Source of the DNA: Muribaculaceae bacterium
GTDB taxonomy: Bacteria; Bacteroidota; Bacteroidia; Bacteroidales; Muribaculaceae
Reading direction: 5' to 3'
Assembly (NCBI GenBank): GCA_045596365.1
Contig: JAZOCE010000011.1
Coordinates: 22,498-46,497, forward strand
Length of the DNA stretch: 24,000 nt
A program made the position numbers and the translations under genes. Positions 1 through 9,505 of this stretch are shown piece by piece; within the stretch, counting starts at the first letter, position 1, and the number at the start of each line of letters is the position of its first letter. A model generated the notes under the pieces. The model was not told the DNA's origin. It worked only from the letters and a program-made list of their open reading frames with translations, and searched no databases.

Positions 1-1117
1 GAGTAGTCTTACCTGCACCATTAGGACCAATAATACCTACAATACCATTTGGGGGTAAAGAGAAATTAAGGTCTTTAAATAGTTGTTTTTTGCCAAATGC
101 TTTTGCTAAAGATGATGCTTCAATAACTTTGTTGCCCAAGCGAGGACCATTAGGAATGAATATCTCAAGACGTTCTTCTCGCTCTTTTTGATCTTCATTC
201 AATAGACGATCATAGGATGACAGACGAGCTTTTCCTTTTGCTTGACGGGCTTTTGGTGCCATGCGCACCCATTCAAGTTCGCGTTCAAGGGTTTTACGAC
301 GTTTACTGGCTTGTTTTTCTTCTTGAGCCATACGCTTAGTCTTTTGATCAAGCCATGAAGAATAGTTTCCTTTCCAAGGTATTCCTTCTCCGCGGTCAAG
401 CTCAAGAATCCATCCGGCTACGTGGTCAAGGAAATAACGGTCGTGGGTGATGGCAATAACTGTACCGGTGTATTGTTGCAAGTGTTGTTCAAGCCAGTCG
501 ATTGACTCTGCGTCCAGGTGGTTGGTGGGCTCATCAAGAAGCAATACATCAGGTTGTTGTAATAAAAGACGGCACAATGCAACACGACGACGCTCACCCC
601 CTGAAAGTGTGGTTACAGGTTGGTCGTCGGGTGGACATTGCAGAGCATCCATTGCACGTTCAAGTTTACTATCTATGTTCCATGCATCAGCTGCATCAAG
701 CTTGTCTTGCAATTCGGCTTGACGAGCAATGAGTGCATCCATTTTGTCGGGATCTTCAAGGACTTCTGGGTCAGCAAAACTTTCATTTACTTTGTCAAAC
801 TCAGCAAGCAAGTCCATGATGGGTTGTACCCCTTCTCTTACTACTTCTATTACAGTTTTATTGGGGTCAAGTTGAGGCTCTTGTTCAAGATATCCTACCG
901 AGTATCCTGGAGAGAACACTACTTCCCCCTGATAACTCTTGTCGATTCCGGCAATAATTTTTAGTAGAGATGATTTACCAGAACCGTTTAACCCTATTAT
1001 ACCTATCTTAGCTCCATAGAAGAAAGATAGATAGATATTTTTTAATACTTGTTTTTGAGGGGGATAAATTTTGCTTACTCCCACCATTGAGAAGATTATT
1101 TTTTTGTCGTCGGCCAT
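1..1117 (-). CDS. ettA: ABC-F ATPase, energy-dependent translational throttle protein EttA (5' part; C-terminal part runs off the window edge)
   Basis: Absent from the ORF track because it is open at the window edge. My minus-strand translation from ATG 1117-1115 gives [57 protein letters not shown]... It has Walker [12 protein letters not shown] signature [16 protein letters not shown], Walker [12 protein letters not shown], the linker [17 protein letters not shown], and a second Walker A GPNGAGKT at position 1. It is collinear with E. coli EttA as I remember it. Confidence 0.9.
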   Translation of the reverse strand, partial: MADDKKIIFSMVGVSKIYPPQKQVLKNIYLSFFYGAKIGIIGLNGSGKSSLLKIIAGIDKSYQGEVVFSPGYSVGYLEQEPQLDPNKTVIEVVREGVQPIMDLLAEFDKVNESFADPEVLEDPDKMDALIARQAELQDKLDAADAWNIDSKLERAMDALQCPPDDQPVTTLSGGERRRVALCRLLLQQPDVLLLDEPTNHLDAESIDWLEQHLQQYTGTVIAITHDRYFLDHVAGWILELDRGEGIPWKGNYSSWLDQKTKRMAQEEKQASKRRKTLERELEWVRMAPKARQAKGKARLSSYDRLLNEDQKEREERLEIFIPNGPRLGNKVIEASSLAKAFGKKQLFKDLNFSLPPNGIVGIIGPNGAGKTT

Positions 1118-1144
1118 AGTTTTTGGTCAATGTATATTTGTAAA

Positions 1145-1711
1145 TTATTTTTTCTTTTTAGGAGCATAGCGCACAGCATAGTCGCAACGAGTGCGACCTG
1201 TGATGATGTTATTGAGTTTTGTGCGAATAAGTTGTTTGCGAATAGGAGAGATGTGATCAATATATAGTTTCCCTTCGAGATGATCACATTCATGTTGTAC
1301 TATACGAGCAAGAAATCCTGAAATTTCTTCCTCGTGAGCTGTGAAATTTTCATCAACCCATGATAAGCGAATGTGCTCAACTCGATTTACATTCTCCGAT
1401 AATCCAGGAAGGCTCAAGCATCCTTCTCCACGAGAAATAGTTTCGCCATCGAGAATCTCGATTTTAGGATTAATGAGAGTAAGTTTGCGTCCGGCACATT
1501 CGGGATGACTATCGGCAACTGGATCAGCATCAATAACTACAATGCGATCGTTGCGACCAATTTGTGGCGCAGCAAGCCCCACTCCTTCAGATGCATACAT
1601 TGTTTCGTACATGTCATCCAAAAGTTTTTTCAAATCGGGGTAATCAGGGGTGATTTCTTTCGATGCGTTTCTTAAAACGGGATGTCCGTAAAGATATATA
1701 GGTAGTTTCAT
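1145..1711 (-). CDS. def: peptide deformylase
   Basis: 188 aa with the three deformylase motifs GVGLAAPQIG, EGCLSLPG and QHECDHLEG. The ATG overlaps the ruvX stop by 1 nt (TAATG), suggesting translational coupling. Confidence 0.95.
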   Translation of the reverse strand: MKLPIYLYGHPVLRNASKEITPDYPDLKKLLDDMYETMYASEGVGLAAPQIGRNDRIVVIDADPVADSHPECAGRKLTLINPKIEILDGETISRGEGCLSLPGLSENVNRVEHIRLSWVDENFTAHEEEISGFLARIVQHECDHLEGKLYIDHISPIRKQLIRTKLNNIITGRTRCDYAVRYAPKKKK

Positions 1712-2130
1712 TATTTAAATGATTTACTTTGTAAATAATCGTTCAAAATGATAGTCGCTGATATTTCATCAACGATAGCTTTGTCTTGTCGAGCGGTTTT
1801 CTTCATACCGGAATCAAGCATTGATTTGTGGGCTAAGACTGAAGTAAATCTTTCATCCCAAAATTCGATTGGAATATTGGGTAACTCTTTTTTTAGTCGA
1901 TTTATTCCGGGTGTGATATATTTCATTGATTCGGAGTCTTCACCTCGCATAGTGGTGGGTTTCCCAACAATAATTTTATCGACATTTTCAGTCGCGACAT
2001 ATTTTTTTACAAAATCAATAAGTGTATGGGTAGGAACGGTAGTTAGCCCATTAGCAACAATTTGTAAAGTATCGGTTACGGCAATGCCGCAACGTTTACG
2101 TCCGTAGTCTATTGATAAAAGTCTTCCCAC
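1711..2130 (-). CDS. ruvX: putative pre-16S rRNA nuclease / Holliday junction resolvase-like protein RuvX (YqgF)
   Basis: 139 aa. The N-terminus LLSIDYGRKRCGIAVTD matches the YqgF/RuvX signature. GTG start at 2130-2128. Confidence 0.88.
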   Translation of the reverse strand: MGRLLSIDYGRKRCGIAVTDTLQIVANGLTTVPTHTLIDFVKKYVATENVDKIIVGKPTTMRGEDSESMKYITPGINRLKKELPNIPIEFWDERFTSVLAHKSMLDSGMKKTARQDKAIVDEISATIILNDYLQSKSFK

Positions 2131-2134
2131 AATG

Positions 2135-2142
2135 CAAAGATA
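2135..2142 (-). promoter_or_regulatory. Bacteroidetes -7 promoter element (TATCTTTG) for ruvX-def(-ettA)
   Basis: The minus strand reads TATCTTTG, matching TAnnTTTG. It lies in the 29-bp gap after the GT4 gene, only 4 nt before the ruvX GTG. Confidence 0.5.
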
Positions 2143-2159
2143 CTAATTTTATAGTCAAT

Positions 2160-3293
2160 TTACAATGTGTTGTAGAAGTCATATAGAGCTTTGCGCACAA
2201 TGTGGCAATCAAAGCGTTGTGCAACTAATGGGCGAGCATTTGTTGCCATCTTTTCTCGCATTTTGTTATTGTCGTGCATTTCAATCATAGCGTTATATAG
2301 AGCATTGGTGTCGTGAGAGGGAATTATAATTCCGTTTTCTCCGGCAATTATAATTTCGTTAGCTCCGTTAATATCTGTTACAATAGATGGCAATCCCATA
2401 GCACCGGCTTCGATAACAACATTGGGAAACCCTTCTCTGTAACTTGGGAAAGTCAAGGCATCGGCAACAGCAAACCATGGTCTTACATCTTTTTGAGGTC
2501 CAACGGCTTCTATTGCCGGATGAGTATTAATGATGTGTTGAGTCTCATGGGACAACGGATCTAAATGAGGCTCTGAACGCCCTACTAAAATCAATCGGGT
2601 GTAGGGTTTCTCTTGATGTACTTTTACAAATGCATCAACTAATTCGTGTATCCCTTTGTCTCTGACTATTCGTCCGACAAAAATATAAGTGAAAGTCCCA
2701 ACTTTTTTGAGTTTAGATGCTTCCATCATTACATCATTAGAGAGAGAATAGTGGTCTAAGTCGATACCTTTAACATTGCCATTGGCAAGAACTTTCATCG
2801 ATTTTTTTGTGATTTCTCCGGCAATGATGTCCCGTTTAACGCCTTCACCTTCAGGAATAATGTGGGTTGCACAAGCACATAGTATTTTGTCGGTGAACAT
2901 GAGTATGCGTCGAGTAATACCTGTTGCTGTAGGCCAGATAAGTCCGGTGAATGTGTGAACTCGTCGTGGAACTCTTGTTATCCAAGCAGCTATCATGCAT
3001 AGTAAACCGGCTTTAGGTGTCATGCTATGCACTAACCAAGGTTTTTCTTTGCGCATGATTTTGATGAGTTTGAACAATGATACGAGATCGTTAATTGGCG
3101 AAATGTGTCGCTCCATTTTTACTCCTATCGTACGAACATTCTCTCTTTGGCCTACAAAGTCAAGAGTGTCTCCAGGAGATGACAACGCTACAACTTCATA
3201 ATCTTTTGATAATTCTTTTAATAGGTCTTTGCAGAATGTTTCCAAAGATGCAGCTATAGTCGTAGTACGAATTATTTTTTTCTTTGAGTTCAT
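2160..3293 (-). CDS. glycosyltransferase family 4 (GT-B, group 1)
   Basis: GT-B architecture with the C-terminal E-x7-E motif (YREGFPNVVIEAGAMGLP). I moved the start to ATG 3293 (MNSKKKIIRTTT...) because a TAAATTTG -7 box at 3322-3315 lies inside the longer 3344 ORF. Confidence 0.8.
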   Translation of the reverse strand: MNSKKKIIRTTTIAASLETFCKDLLKELSKDYEVVALSSPGDTLDFVGQRENVRTIGVKMERHISPINDLVSLFKLIKIMRKEKPWLVHSMTPKAGLLCMIAAWITRVPRRVHTFTGLIWPTATGITRRILMFTDKILCACATHIIPEGEGVKRDIIAGEITKKSMKVLANGNVKGIDLDHYSLSNDVMMEASKLKKVGTFTYIFVGRIVRDKGIHELVDAFVKVHQEKPYTRLILVGRSEPHLDPLSHETQHIINTHPAIEAVGPQKDVRPWFAVADALTFPSYREGFPNVVIEAGAMGLPSIVTDINGANEIIIAGENGIIIPSHDTNALYNAMIEMHDNNKMREKMATNARPLVAQRFDCHIVRKALYDFYNTL

Positions 3294-3314
3294 TAAAAGA
3301 GTAGCTAATTTGTA

Positions 3315-3322
3315 CAAATTTA
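3315..3322 (-). promoter_or_regulatory. -7 promoter element (TAAATTTG) for the GT4 gene
   Basis: The minus strand reads TAAATTTG, 21 nt upstream of ATG 3293. It is divergent from the box at 3354-3361. Confidence 0.5.
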
Positions 3323-3353
3323 CTAAATATCTTGTTAAGTGCAATCAATTCAT

Positions 3354-3361
3354 TACCTTTG
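3354..3361 (+). promoter_or_regulatory. -7 promoter element (TTACCTTTGC context) for the Omp85-family gene
   Basis: TACCTTTG sits 19 nt upstream of ATG 3381. Confidence 0.6.
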
Positions 3362-3380
3362 CATTCGCAAATCTCAATAA

Positions 3381-5708
3381 ATGGTAACGAAACATTTGCT
3401 TCGCGTGATGTTATTGTTGTCAGCTGTGGCTCTAATGTGGAGTTGTAGCTCAACAAAGCATGTCCCTATGGGAGAATATTTGTTGGATGATGTGTCGATA
3501 AAAGTTGAAGACGCTGAGAATGTTTCAATATCAGAGTTATACAATTATTTGCGTCAAGCACCTAACCATAAAGTACTCGGGGGACTGAAAATACAACTTG
3601 CTACATATAATATGTCAGGGCGAGACACTACAAAGTGGTACAACCGATGGTTGCGTCGTCTTGGGCAGGCTCCTGTTATTTATGATCAAACATTAACAAC
3701 GGCATCTGCCAATCAGTTGCGTCAAGCAATGATAAATAAAGGATATTTGGGTGCGAGTGTGTCGATTGATACCATACGCAGAGATAAGAAAAAGAAAATT
3801 AATGTTGAGTATAATATAAAGGCGGGGCAACCACATCGCATAGCCTCGATCGAATATAATATTCCTGATACCACGATTGCTGAATATGTGTATGCCGATA
3901 CGGCACGCACGACAATAAAACCAGGTAATTTGTTTGACATAAATAACCTTGATGATGAACGCATTTTGATAACCAATAGATTACGTAATCAAGGATACTA
4001 TGCCTTCAATAAAGATTATATAACGTTTACCGCTGACACTGCTGCAAACTCTAAAGACATTAATTTGACGTTAAATTTAAATTATCCGATAAATCCCAAT
4101 GATACATCAAAAACGGTACATCGTCAGTATTATATCAGAGACGTAATATTTGTAGTGGATTATGAGGCGGGGAGCGTAGATAGTGGATTTGTTGCTCTTG
4201 ATACGGTCAAATATAAAGATATTATTGTATTATACGGGAAAGACCATTACATTAAGCCAAAAACTCTTGACGAATGTTGTTTTATTGTTTCGGGAGAAAA
4301 ATATCAGGCGCAACAAGTCGATCTGACTCATGAGGCGTTGGGGCGACTTGATATTTTGAAATTTATAAATATATCGATGACTCCTGTTGCTCAGATAGGG
4401 GAACAGATGTGGTTAGACACCTATATTTTAATGAGCCGTAACAAGAAACAGGGTGTTACTCTTGAACTGGAAGGCACAAATTCTGAAGGAGATTTGGGCT
4501 TTGGTGTGGGTGTAACTTATCAACATCGCAATTTGGCTAAAGGCTCGGAATTGTTAACTGCTAAGTTTCGCACTGCCTATGAAAGTCTGTCGGGGAATTT
4601 TGATGGGATTATTAATGACCGTTACACAGAGTATGCGACTGAAATAGGGGTTACATTGCCAAAGTTTGTGAGCCCATTCCTTTCAAAAGAATTCAAGCGA
4701 CGGATGAAGGCGACAACTGAATTTGCTGTGTCATTTAACTATCAGGAACGCCCAGAATACACGCGCATTATTGCCGGTGCCGCATGGAAATACAAATGGA
4801 ATAATCGTCAAAACACAGTGCGACGAACATTTGATTTATTAGATATAAACTATGTATATTTGCCCAATAGCACAATTGATTTTATCGACCAGATAGCACC
4901 ATCCAATCCGTTGTTGCGATATAGTTATGAAGATCACTTCATTATGAAGATGGGGTATACCTATTATCGTACGAATAAACGCATTGCGTCAACGACGTTG
5001 CGCAAATACATGTTGCAACCATCGGTTTACACACTTCGTGCATCGGTAGAAACCGCAGGTAATCTGTTATATGCTTTGTCAAATGCGTTAGGGCAAAAAC
5101 GTGAAGGTGGGGCTTACAAGTTGTTTGATATCCAATATTCCCAATATGTGAAAGGAGAGATAGATTATACATATACACGTAATTTTAATACACGCCATAG
5201 TCTTACTTTTCATACCGGTTTTGGTATTGGTGTGCCTTATGCCAATTCGTCGATGATGCCTTTTGAAAAGAGATTTTATGCGGGTGGAGCAAATGGGGTG
5301 AGAGGGTGGAATGTGCGCACTCTTGGTCCCGGCAATTATGATTCGCGCAATTCGGTAACAGACTTTATTAACCAGTGTGGTGATATTCGATTTGATATGA
5401 GTGTTGAATATAGAGCAAAATTATTCTGGGTGTTTGAGGGCGCTTTGTTTGTAGATGCCGGCAATGTGTGGACAATACACAATTATGAAAATCAACCCGG
5501 AGGACAATTCAAGTTCAACTCATTCTATGATGAAATAGCAATGGCCTATGGTGCCGGATTGCGATTGGATTTTACTTATTTCTTGCTCCGTCTTGATTTG
5601 GGATTGAAAGCCTATAATCCGGCTAAAAATCAAGAACGTTGGCCTATTTTTAATCCCAGTTGGAAACGTGATGCAACATTCCATTTTGCTGTGGGGTATC
5701 CGTTCTGA
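3381..5708 (+). CDS. Omp85 (BamA/TamA) family outer-membrane protein, lipoprotein-type (TamL-like)
   Basis: 775 aa. The N-terminal signal has a lipobox-like cysteine (LLLSAVALMWSC/SS). The C-terminal surface-antigen beta-barrel carries the Omp85 motif RFYAGGANGVRGW and a terminal aromatic residue (...FAVGYPF). Confidence 0.75.
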   Translation: MVTKHLLRVMLLLSAVALMWSCSSTKHVPMGEYLLDDVSIKVEDAENVSISELYNYLRQAPNHKVLGGLKIQLATYNMSGRDTTKWYNRWLRRLGQAPVIYDQTLTTASANQLRQAMINKGYLGASVSIDTIRRDKKKKINVEYNIKAGQPHRIASIEYNIPDTTIAEYVYADTARTTIKPGNLFDINNLDDERILITNRLRNQGYYAFNKDYITFTADTAANSKDINLTLNLNYPINPNDTSKTVHRQYYIRDVIFVVDYEAGSVDSGFVALDTVKYKDIIVLYGKDHYIKPKTLDECCFIVSGEKYQAQQVDLTHEALGRLDILKFINISMTPVAQIGEQMWLDTYILMSRNKKQGVTLELEGTNSEGDLGFGVGVTYQHRNLAKGSELLTAKFRTAYESLSGNFDGIINDRYTEYATEIGVTLPKFVSPFLSKEFKRRMKATTEFAVSFNYQERPEYTRIIAGAAWKYKWNNRQNTVRRTFDLLDINYVYLPNSTIDFIDQIAPSNPLLRYSYEDHFIMKMGYTYYRTNKRIASTTLRKYMLQPSVYTLRASVETAGNLLYALSNALGQKREGGAYKLFDIQYSQYVKGEIDYTYTRNFNTRHSLTFHTGFGIGVPYANSSMMPFEKRFYAGGANGVRGWNVRTLGPGNYDSRNSVTDFINQCGDIRFDMSVEYRAKLFWVFEGALFVDAGNVWTIHNYENQPGGQFKFNSFYDEIAMAYGAGLRLDFTYFLLRLDLGLKAYNPAKNQERWPIFNPSWKRDATFHFAVGYPF

Positions 5709-5725
5709 TGATTAAAGAAGAATAG

Positions 5726-6379
5726 ATGAAGCAGTTAGTAATATTTGACCTTGACGGGACGTTGTTGAATACAATTCAAGACCTTGGTATGGCTGCTAAT
5801 TATGCTCTTGAGTTGTGTGGGTATCCTGTGCATGAAATTTCGGCTTATCCGTTTTTTGTGGGAAACGGAATAACTCGTTTGTTGGAGCGCATATTGCCTG
5901 AAAACGCTCGCAGTGTAGAGAACCTCTCTTGTTTGAGAGAACATTTCATGGATTATTATGAAGAACATAAGGCTGATTATACAACGGTTTATGATGGCGT
6001 AAGAGAATTGCTTGTCGCATTATCCGAGAGAGGAATTAAACTTGCTGTTGCGTCAAATAAATATCATAAAGCAGTAGTCGAATTGATAAAAATATATTTA
6101 CCCGGGGTTAATTGGGTAGCGGTAGAAGGACAGAAAGAAGGTTATCCCGTAAAGCCTGATCCATCTATAGTTTTTGATATTTTAATAAAATCGCCAACAC
6201 CGAAATCCGAAGTTCTATATGTGGGTGATTCGGGTGTCGATATGGTGACTGCACGAAGGGCTGGCATTGAATCGGTGGGTGTCTCATGGGGGTTCCGTCC
6301 GTTAAAAGAATTACGCGAATGTATGGCTGATAATATAGCAACTCATCCATTAGAAATTTTATCAATCGTAGATAAATAA
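5726..6379 (+). CDS. HAD-superfamily hydrolase, phosphoglycolate phosphatase-like
   Basis: 217 aa with HAD motif I DLDGTLLNT, motif II LAVASNK, motif III VKPDP and motif IV YVGDSGVDM. It starts 17 nt after the upstream gene with no own -7 box, so it is probably co-transcribed. Confidence 0.8.
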   Translation: MKQLVIFDLDGTLLNTIQDLGMAANYALELCGYPVHEISAYPFFVGNGITRLLERILPENARSVENLSCLREHFMDYYEEHKADYTTVYDGVRELLVALSERGIKLAVASNKYHKAVVELIKIYLPGVNWVAVEGQKEGYPVKPDPSIVFDILIKSPTPKSEVLYVGDSGVDMVTARRAGIESVGVSWGFRPLKELRECMADNIATHPLEILSIVDK

Positions 6380-6418
6380 ATTCAGAAAATAAATAAACGT
6401 TAATTAGAGAAAAAACAG

Positions 6419-6426
6419 TAACTTTG
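6419..6426 (+). promoter_or_regulatory. -7 promoter element (TAACTTTG) for the transporter gene
   Basis: Matches TAnnTTTG. It overlaps the TTG start of the longest ORF (6424), which argues for the ATG at 6487. Confidence 0.5.
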
Positions 6427-6486
6427 CACTCGATTTTGTCAATACAGGACAATTGGTGTTATTTAATCTCTACGTTACGTTATCTT

Positions 6487-8139
6487 ATGGAATGGTTTCA
6501 ATCACTTCTTGGTCCCGGAAATACCGGTCTTGCAAGTACAATTGTGCTTTACTCTTTTGTGATTGCATTAGGTGTATATTTGGGAAAACTTAAATTCGCA
6601 GGTATTTCACTTGGAGTAACATTTGTGCTGTTTGTGGGGATAATAATGGGACATTTAGGATATGTTGTTGATGGTGAGGTGCTTCATTTTATACGTGAAT
6701 TTGGATTAATATTATTCATCTTCTCGATAGGATTACAAGTGGGCCCCGCATTTTTTGAATCATTCCGTACAGGAGGTATCAGGCTCAACGGATTGGCTGT
6801 ATTGGGAATATTGTTGAATGTGGCAATTGTGCTTGCAATCTATTTTATAGATGGAGAGACTTCAATGAGCGCGTTGGTGGGTGTGATGTCGGGGGCAGTA
6901 ACTAATACTCCCGGACTTGCTGCAGCACAGCAGACTGTTGGAGAACTTTCTGAAGCCAATACAATGGCAATGGGATATGCGGCAGCCTATCCGCTTGGTG
7001 TAGTGGGGATCATTCTTGCAATGTTTATAATTAAAGCATTATTTCGCATTAAAGTAGAAAGAGAGGTTAAAGAAATTGAGGATGAGGCTGAAAACAGTGT
7101 GCTTAAACCTCATGTTGTAACATTTGAAGCAACAAATCAGCTTATAGATGGACACACTCTTTTCCAATTGCATGATATAATCAATTGTAACTTTGTGGTT
7201 TCTCGCTTGATGCGTAATGATGGTACAATTGTTATACCAAAATCTGAAACTCAAATTCATCTTGGCGACAAATTGCTTGTAGTGATGTCGGTACAAGATG
7301 AGGAACGTTTGAAAGCGGTTGTTGGTCCTGAAATTGAAATGGATTGGAAGGCAATGCCAAGTCCGGTTGTGTCTCGTCGCATCTTGATAACAAGAGGCAA
7401 TTTCAATGGCGCAACAATAGGCTCTTTGAGATTGCGCATGGGGTACAAACTTAATGCTACTCGTGTAAATCGTGCCGGAGTGGACCTTCTCGCGTCTCCC
7501 AACTTGCGTCTTCAGATTGGAGACCGTTTGACCGTTGTCGGGAACGAAGAAGATATAAATCGTCTTGCCACAAAATTGGGTAACTCAATGAAACGTTTGA
7601 ACGAGCCAAATTTGATTACAATATTTGTTGGAATATTACTGGGTATTGTGTTAGGCTCTATTGATGTGGGTTTTGGCATGAAACTCGGATTGGCAGGAGG
7701 ACCTCTTGTGGTAGCTATCTTGTTGAGTCGTTTTGGATATAAACTGAAATTGATAACCTATACATCATCTTCTTCATCGATGTTGATGCGAGAGTTGGGT
7801 ATATGTTTATTCCTCGCTTCAGTGGGTATTTCATCGGGAAAAGATTTTGCCGCAACGGTGTTTAATGTTACCGGTATGTGGTGGGTAATATGGGGCTTTA
7901 TTATAACTATTGTACCCTTGATAATCGTTGGAAGTATAGCACGTGGATGTTACAAGATAAATTTCTTGACCATTATGGGTTTGATGTCAGGCGGTTGTAC
8001 TGATCCCCCTGCCCTTGCTTATGCCAACAATAGTACAGGTAACGATGCTCCGGCGGTAGCTTATTCTACAGTTTATCCGCTGACAATGTTCTTGCGTGTA
8101 GTCGCAGCCCAATTGTTGATACTATTCTTCGCTCTTTAA
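6487..8139 (+). CDS. YidE/YbjL-type putative transport protein (AAE family; two membrane halves flanking two TrkA_C/RCK_C-like domains)
   Basis: Two polytopic hydrophobic halves flank two soluble repeats (...IHLGDKLLVVMSVQDEERL... and ...LQIGDRLTVVGNEEDINRL...), typical of duplicated Asp-Al_Ex/TrkA_C transporters. Start moved to ATG 6487 (MEWFQSLLG...). Confidence 0.8.
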   Translation: MEWFQSLLGPGNTGLASTIVLYSFVIALGVYLGKLKFAGISLGVTFVLFVGIIMGHLGYVVDGEVLHFIREFGLILFIFSIGLQVGPAFFESFRTGGIRLNGLAVLGILLNVAIVLAIYFIDGETSMSALVGVMSGAVTNTPGLAAAQQTVGELSEANTMAMGYAAAYPLGVVGIILAMFIIKALFRIKVEREVKEIEDEAENSVLKPHVVTFEATNQLIDGHTLFQLHDIINCNFVVSRLMRNDGTIVIPKSETQIHLGDKLLVVMSVQDEERLKAVVGPEIEMDWKAMPSPVVSRRILITRGNFNGATIGSLRLRMGYKLNATRVNRAGVDLLASPNLRLQIGDRLTVVGNEEDINRLATKLGNSMKRLNEPNLITIFVGILLGIVLGSIDVGFGMKLGLAGGPLVVAILLSRFGYKLKLITYTSSSSSMLMRELGICLFLASVGISSGKDFAATVFNVTGMWWVIWGFIITIVPLIIVGSIARGCYKINFLTIMGLMSGGCTDPPALAYANNSTGNDAPAVAYSTVYPLTMFLRVVAAQLLILFFAL

Positions 8140-8432
8140 AGAAATTCTTTGATTTTTGTCTCTATGTCAGAGGCTTGGCGTAGTCCGCTGGCACGCCAGA
8201 GTATTCGCCCGTTTTTAAACAAAATTAGAGTGGGGATAGAGTGTATTGAGTAGATGTTTGCAATCTCATTATCATGATCGACATCTATTTTTAAGATATT
8301 TATAACATTTCCAAAATGTTCTTTTACTTTATCAATAATGGGCGATTGCATTTTACATGGTCCACACCATGTGGCATAAAAATCGACAAGAGTAAGTTTG
8401 TCGCTACTGATGATGTCATTAAATTTGGTCAT
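8136..8432 (-). CDS. trxA: thioredoxin
   Basis: WCGPC active site and a thioredoxin-sized protein (98 aa) from ATG 8432 (MTKFNDIISSDKLTLVDFYATWCGPCK...). The 11-codon upstream extension in the ORF track is unlikely to be real. Confidence 0.9.
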   Translation of the reverse strand: MTKFNDIISSDKLTLVDFYATWCGPCKMQSPIIDKVKEHFGNVINILKIDVDHDNEIANIYSIHSIPTLILFKNGRILWRASGLRQASDIETKIKEFL

Positions 8433-8516
8433 GAGTTTGTAAATTAAGAGTTGAATTATTTGCAATTAAAACGCCTTATTATCGTCAATTGTTTAATTGA
8501 ATTCGGAATAAATGTG

Positions 8517-8524
8517 TAAATTTG
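8517..8524 (+). promoter_or_regulatory. -7 promoter element (TAAATTTG) for dapA
   Basis: Matches TAnnTTTG, 22 nt upstream of ATG 8547. Confidence 0.55.
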
Positions 8525-8546
8525 CAACTTATTTTATGGAATTCCT

Positions 8547-9431
8547 ATGGCAAGGATTAATTTGAAGGGAATGGGCGTAGCGTTGATAACGCCCTTTAAA
8601 CAAGATAAAAGCATTGATTTTGACGCGCTTGCTCGTTTGTTGGAATATCAGATAAAGAGTGGAGTGGACTATTTGGTTGTACTTGGGACTACAGCCGAAA
8701 CCGCAACATTGACTGCCAAAGAGAAAGAAGCAGTGAAAAGTTTTGTCGTCGAGCGAGTTGCCGGTCGAGTGCCTTTAGTAATTGGTATTGGGGGAAACAA
8801 TACAATGGCTTTGGTTGAAGAACTAAAGACATCTGATTTGACGCCGTTTAGCGCAGTGTTATCGGTTGTTCCCTATTATAACAAACCATCACAAGAGGGT
8901 ATTTATCAGCATTATAGTGCAATAGCGCAAGCATCGCCACTGCCTGTGATTTTATATAATGTGCCGGGTCGCACAGGTGTTAACATGACCGCTGAAACCA
9001 CATTGCGTCTCGCGCGTGAGTATGACAATATCATTGGTATTAAAGAAGCATCGGGAAACATTACTCAAATGGATGATATAATCAAGAATAAGCGTGAGGA
9101 TTTCCTCGTTATATCGGGCGATGATGGTATTACATTTCCATTGATAACACTTGGTGCTGTGGGGGTTATTTCGGTTATTGGGAATGCCTTTCCTAAAGAG
9201 TTTTCAAAGATGGTGCGACTTGCGTTGAATGGCGACTTTGAGAAATCATTGTTGATCCACCATCGTTTTACTGAGTTATTCAGCTTGCTGTTTGTTGATG
9301 GCAATCCTGCTGGAGTGAAATGTCTGTTGAACGCAATGGGATATATCGAAAATGAATTGCGATTGCCCCTTGTGCCCACACGCATCACCACTTATGAAAA
9401 AATTCGTCAAGTTCTCGACTCATTAAATTAA
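8547..9431 (+). CDS. dapA: 4-hydroxy-tetrahydrodipicolinate synthase
   Basis: 294 aa. DHDPS/DapA family features: VLGTTAETATLT, YNVPGRTG and the Schiff-base lysine context IIGIKEASGN. Confidence 0.95.
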   Translation: MARINLKGMGVALITPFKQDKSIDFDALARLLEYQIKSGVDYLVVLGTTAETATLTAKEKEAVKSFVVERVAGRVPLVIGIGGNNTMALVEELKTSDLTPFSAVLSVVPYYNKPSQEGIYQHYSAIAQASPLPVILYNVPGRTGVNMTAETTLRLAREYDNIIGIKEASGNITQMDDIIKNKREDFLVISGDDGITFPLITLGAVGVISVIGNAFPKEFSKMVRLALNGDFEKSLLIHHRFTELFSLLFVDGNPAGVKCLLNAMGYIENELRLPLVPTRITTYEKIRQVLDSLN

Positions 9432-9457
9432 GATTTGGCAAAATCAAAGGAATTCAT

Positions 9458-9465
9458 TACCTTTG
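9458..9465 (+). promoter_or_regulatory. -7 promoter element (TTACCTTTGC) for tRNA-Arg
   Basis: TACCTTTG sits 40 nt upstream of the tRNA 5' end. Confidence 0.55.
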
Positions 9466-9505
9466 CGCCACCAAATAACGATTGAGCGTGTGCTCAAAGA
9501 AAGAT

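Noticed and set aside
447-964. Three plus-strand ORFs (447..722, 502..732, 620..964) and the 68-aa minus-strand ORF 199..405
   Set aside because: The plus-strand ORFs are antisense to ettA, whose minus-strand reading frame is unambiguous. ORF 199..405 lies on the same strand as ettA and is not an independent gene.
1748-2107. 119-aa plus-strand ORF antisense to ruvX; likewise 16855..17196 antisense to folB, and nested or antisense ORFs inside rnr, gyrB, the GT4 gene and the giant gene
   Set aside because: Each lies entirely within a longer ORF that has clear family motifs. None has motifs or promoter boxes of its own.
6424-6486. N-terminal extensions proposed by the longest-ORF track (6424, 3344, 8465, 9619, 10333, 10936, 11752, 16664)
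   Set aside because: Several use TTG starts, and most contain the gene's own TAnnTTTG box or overlap the upstream gene. The internal ATGs give native-looking N-termini such as signal peptides or conserved family starts.
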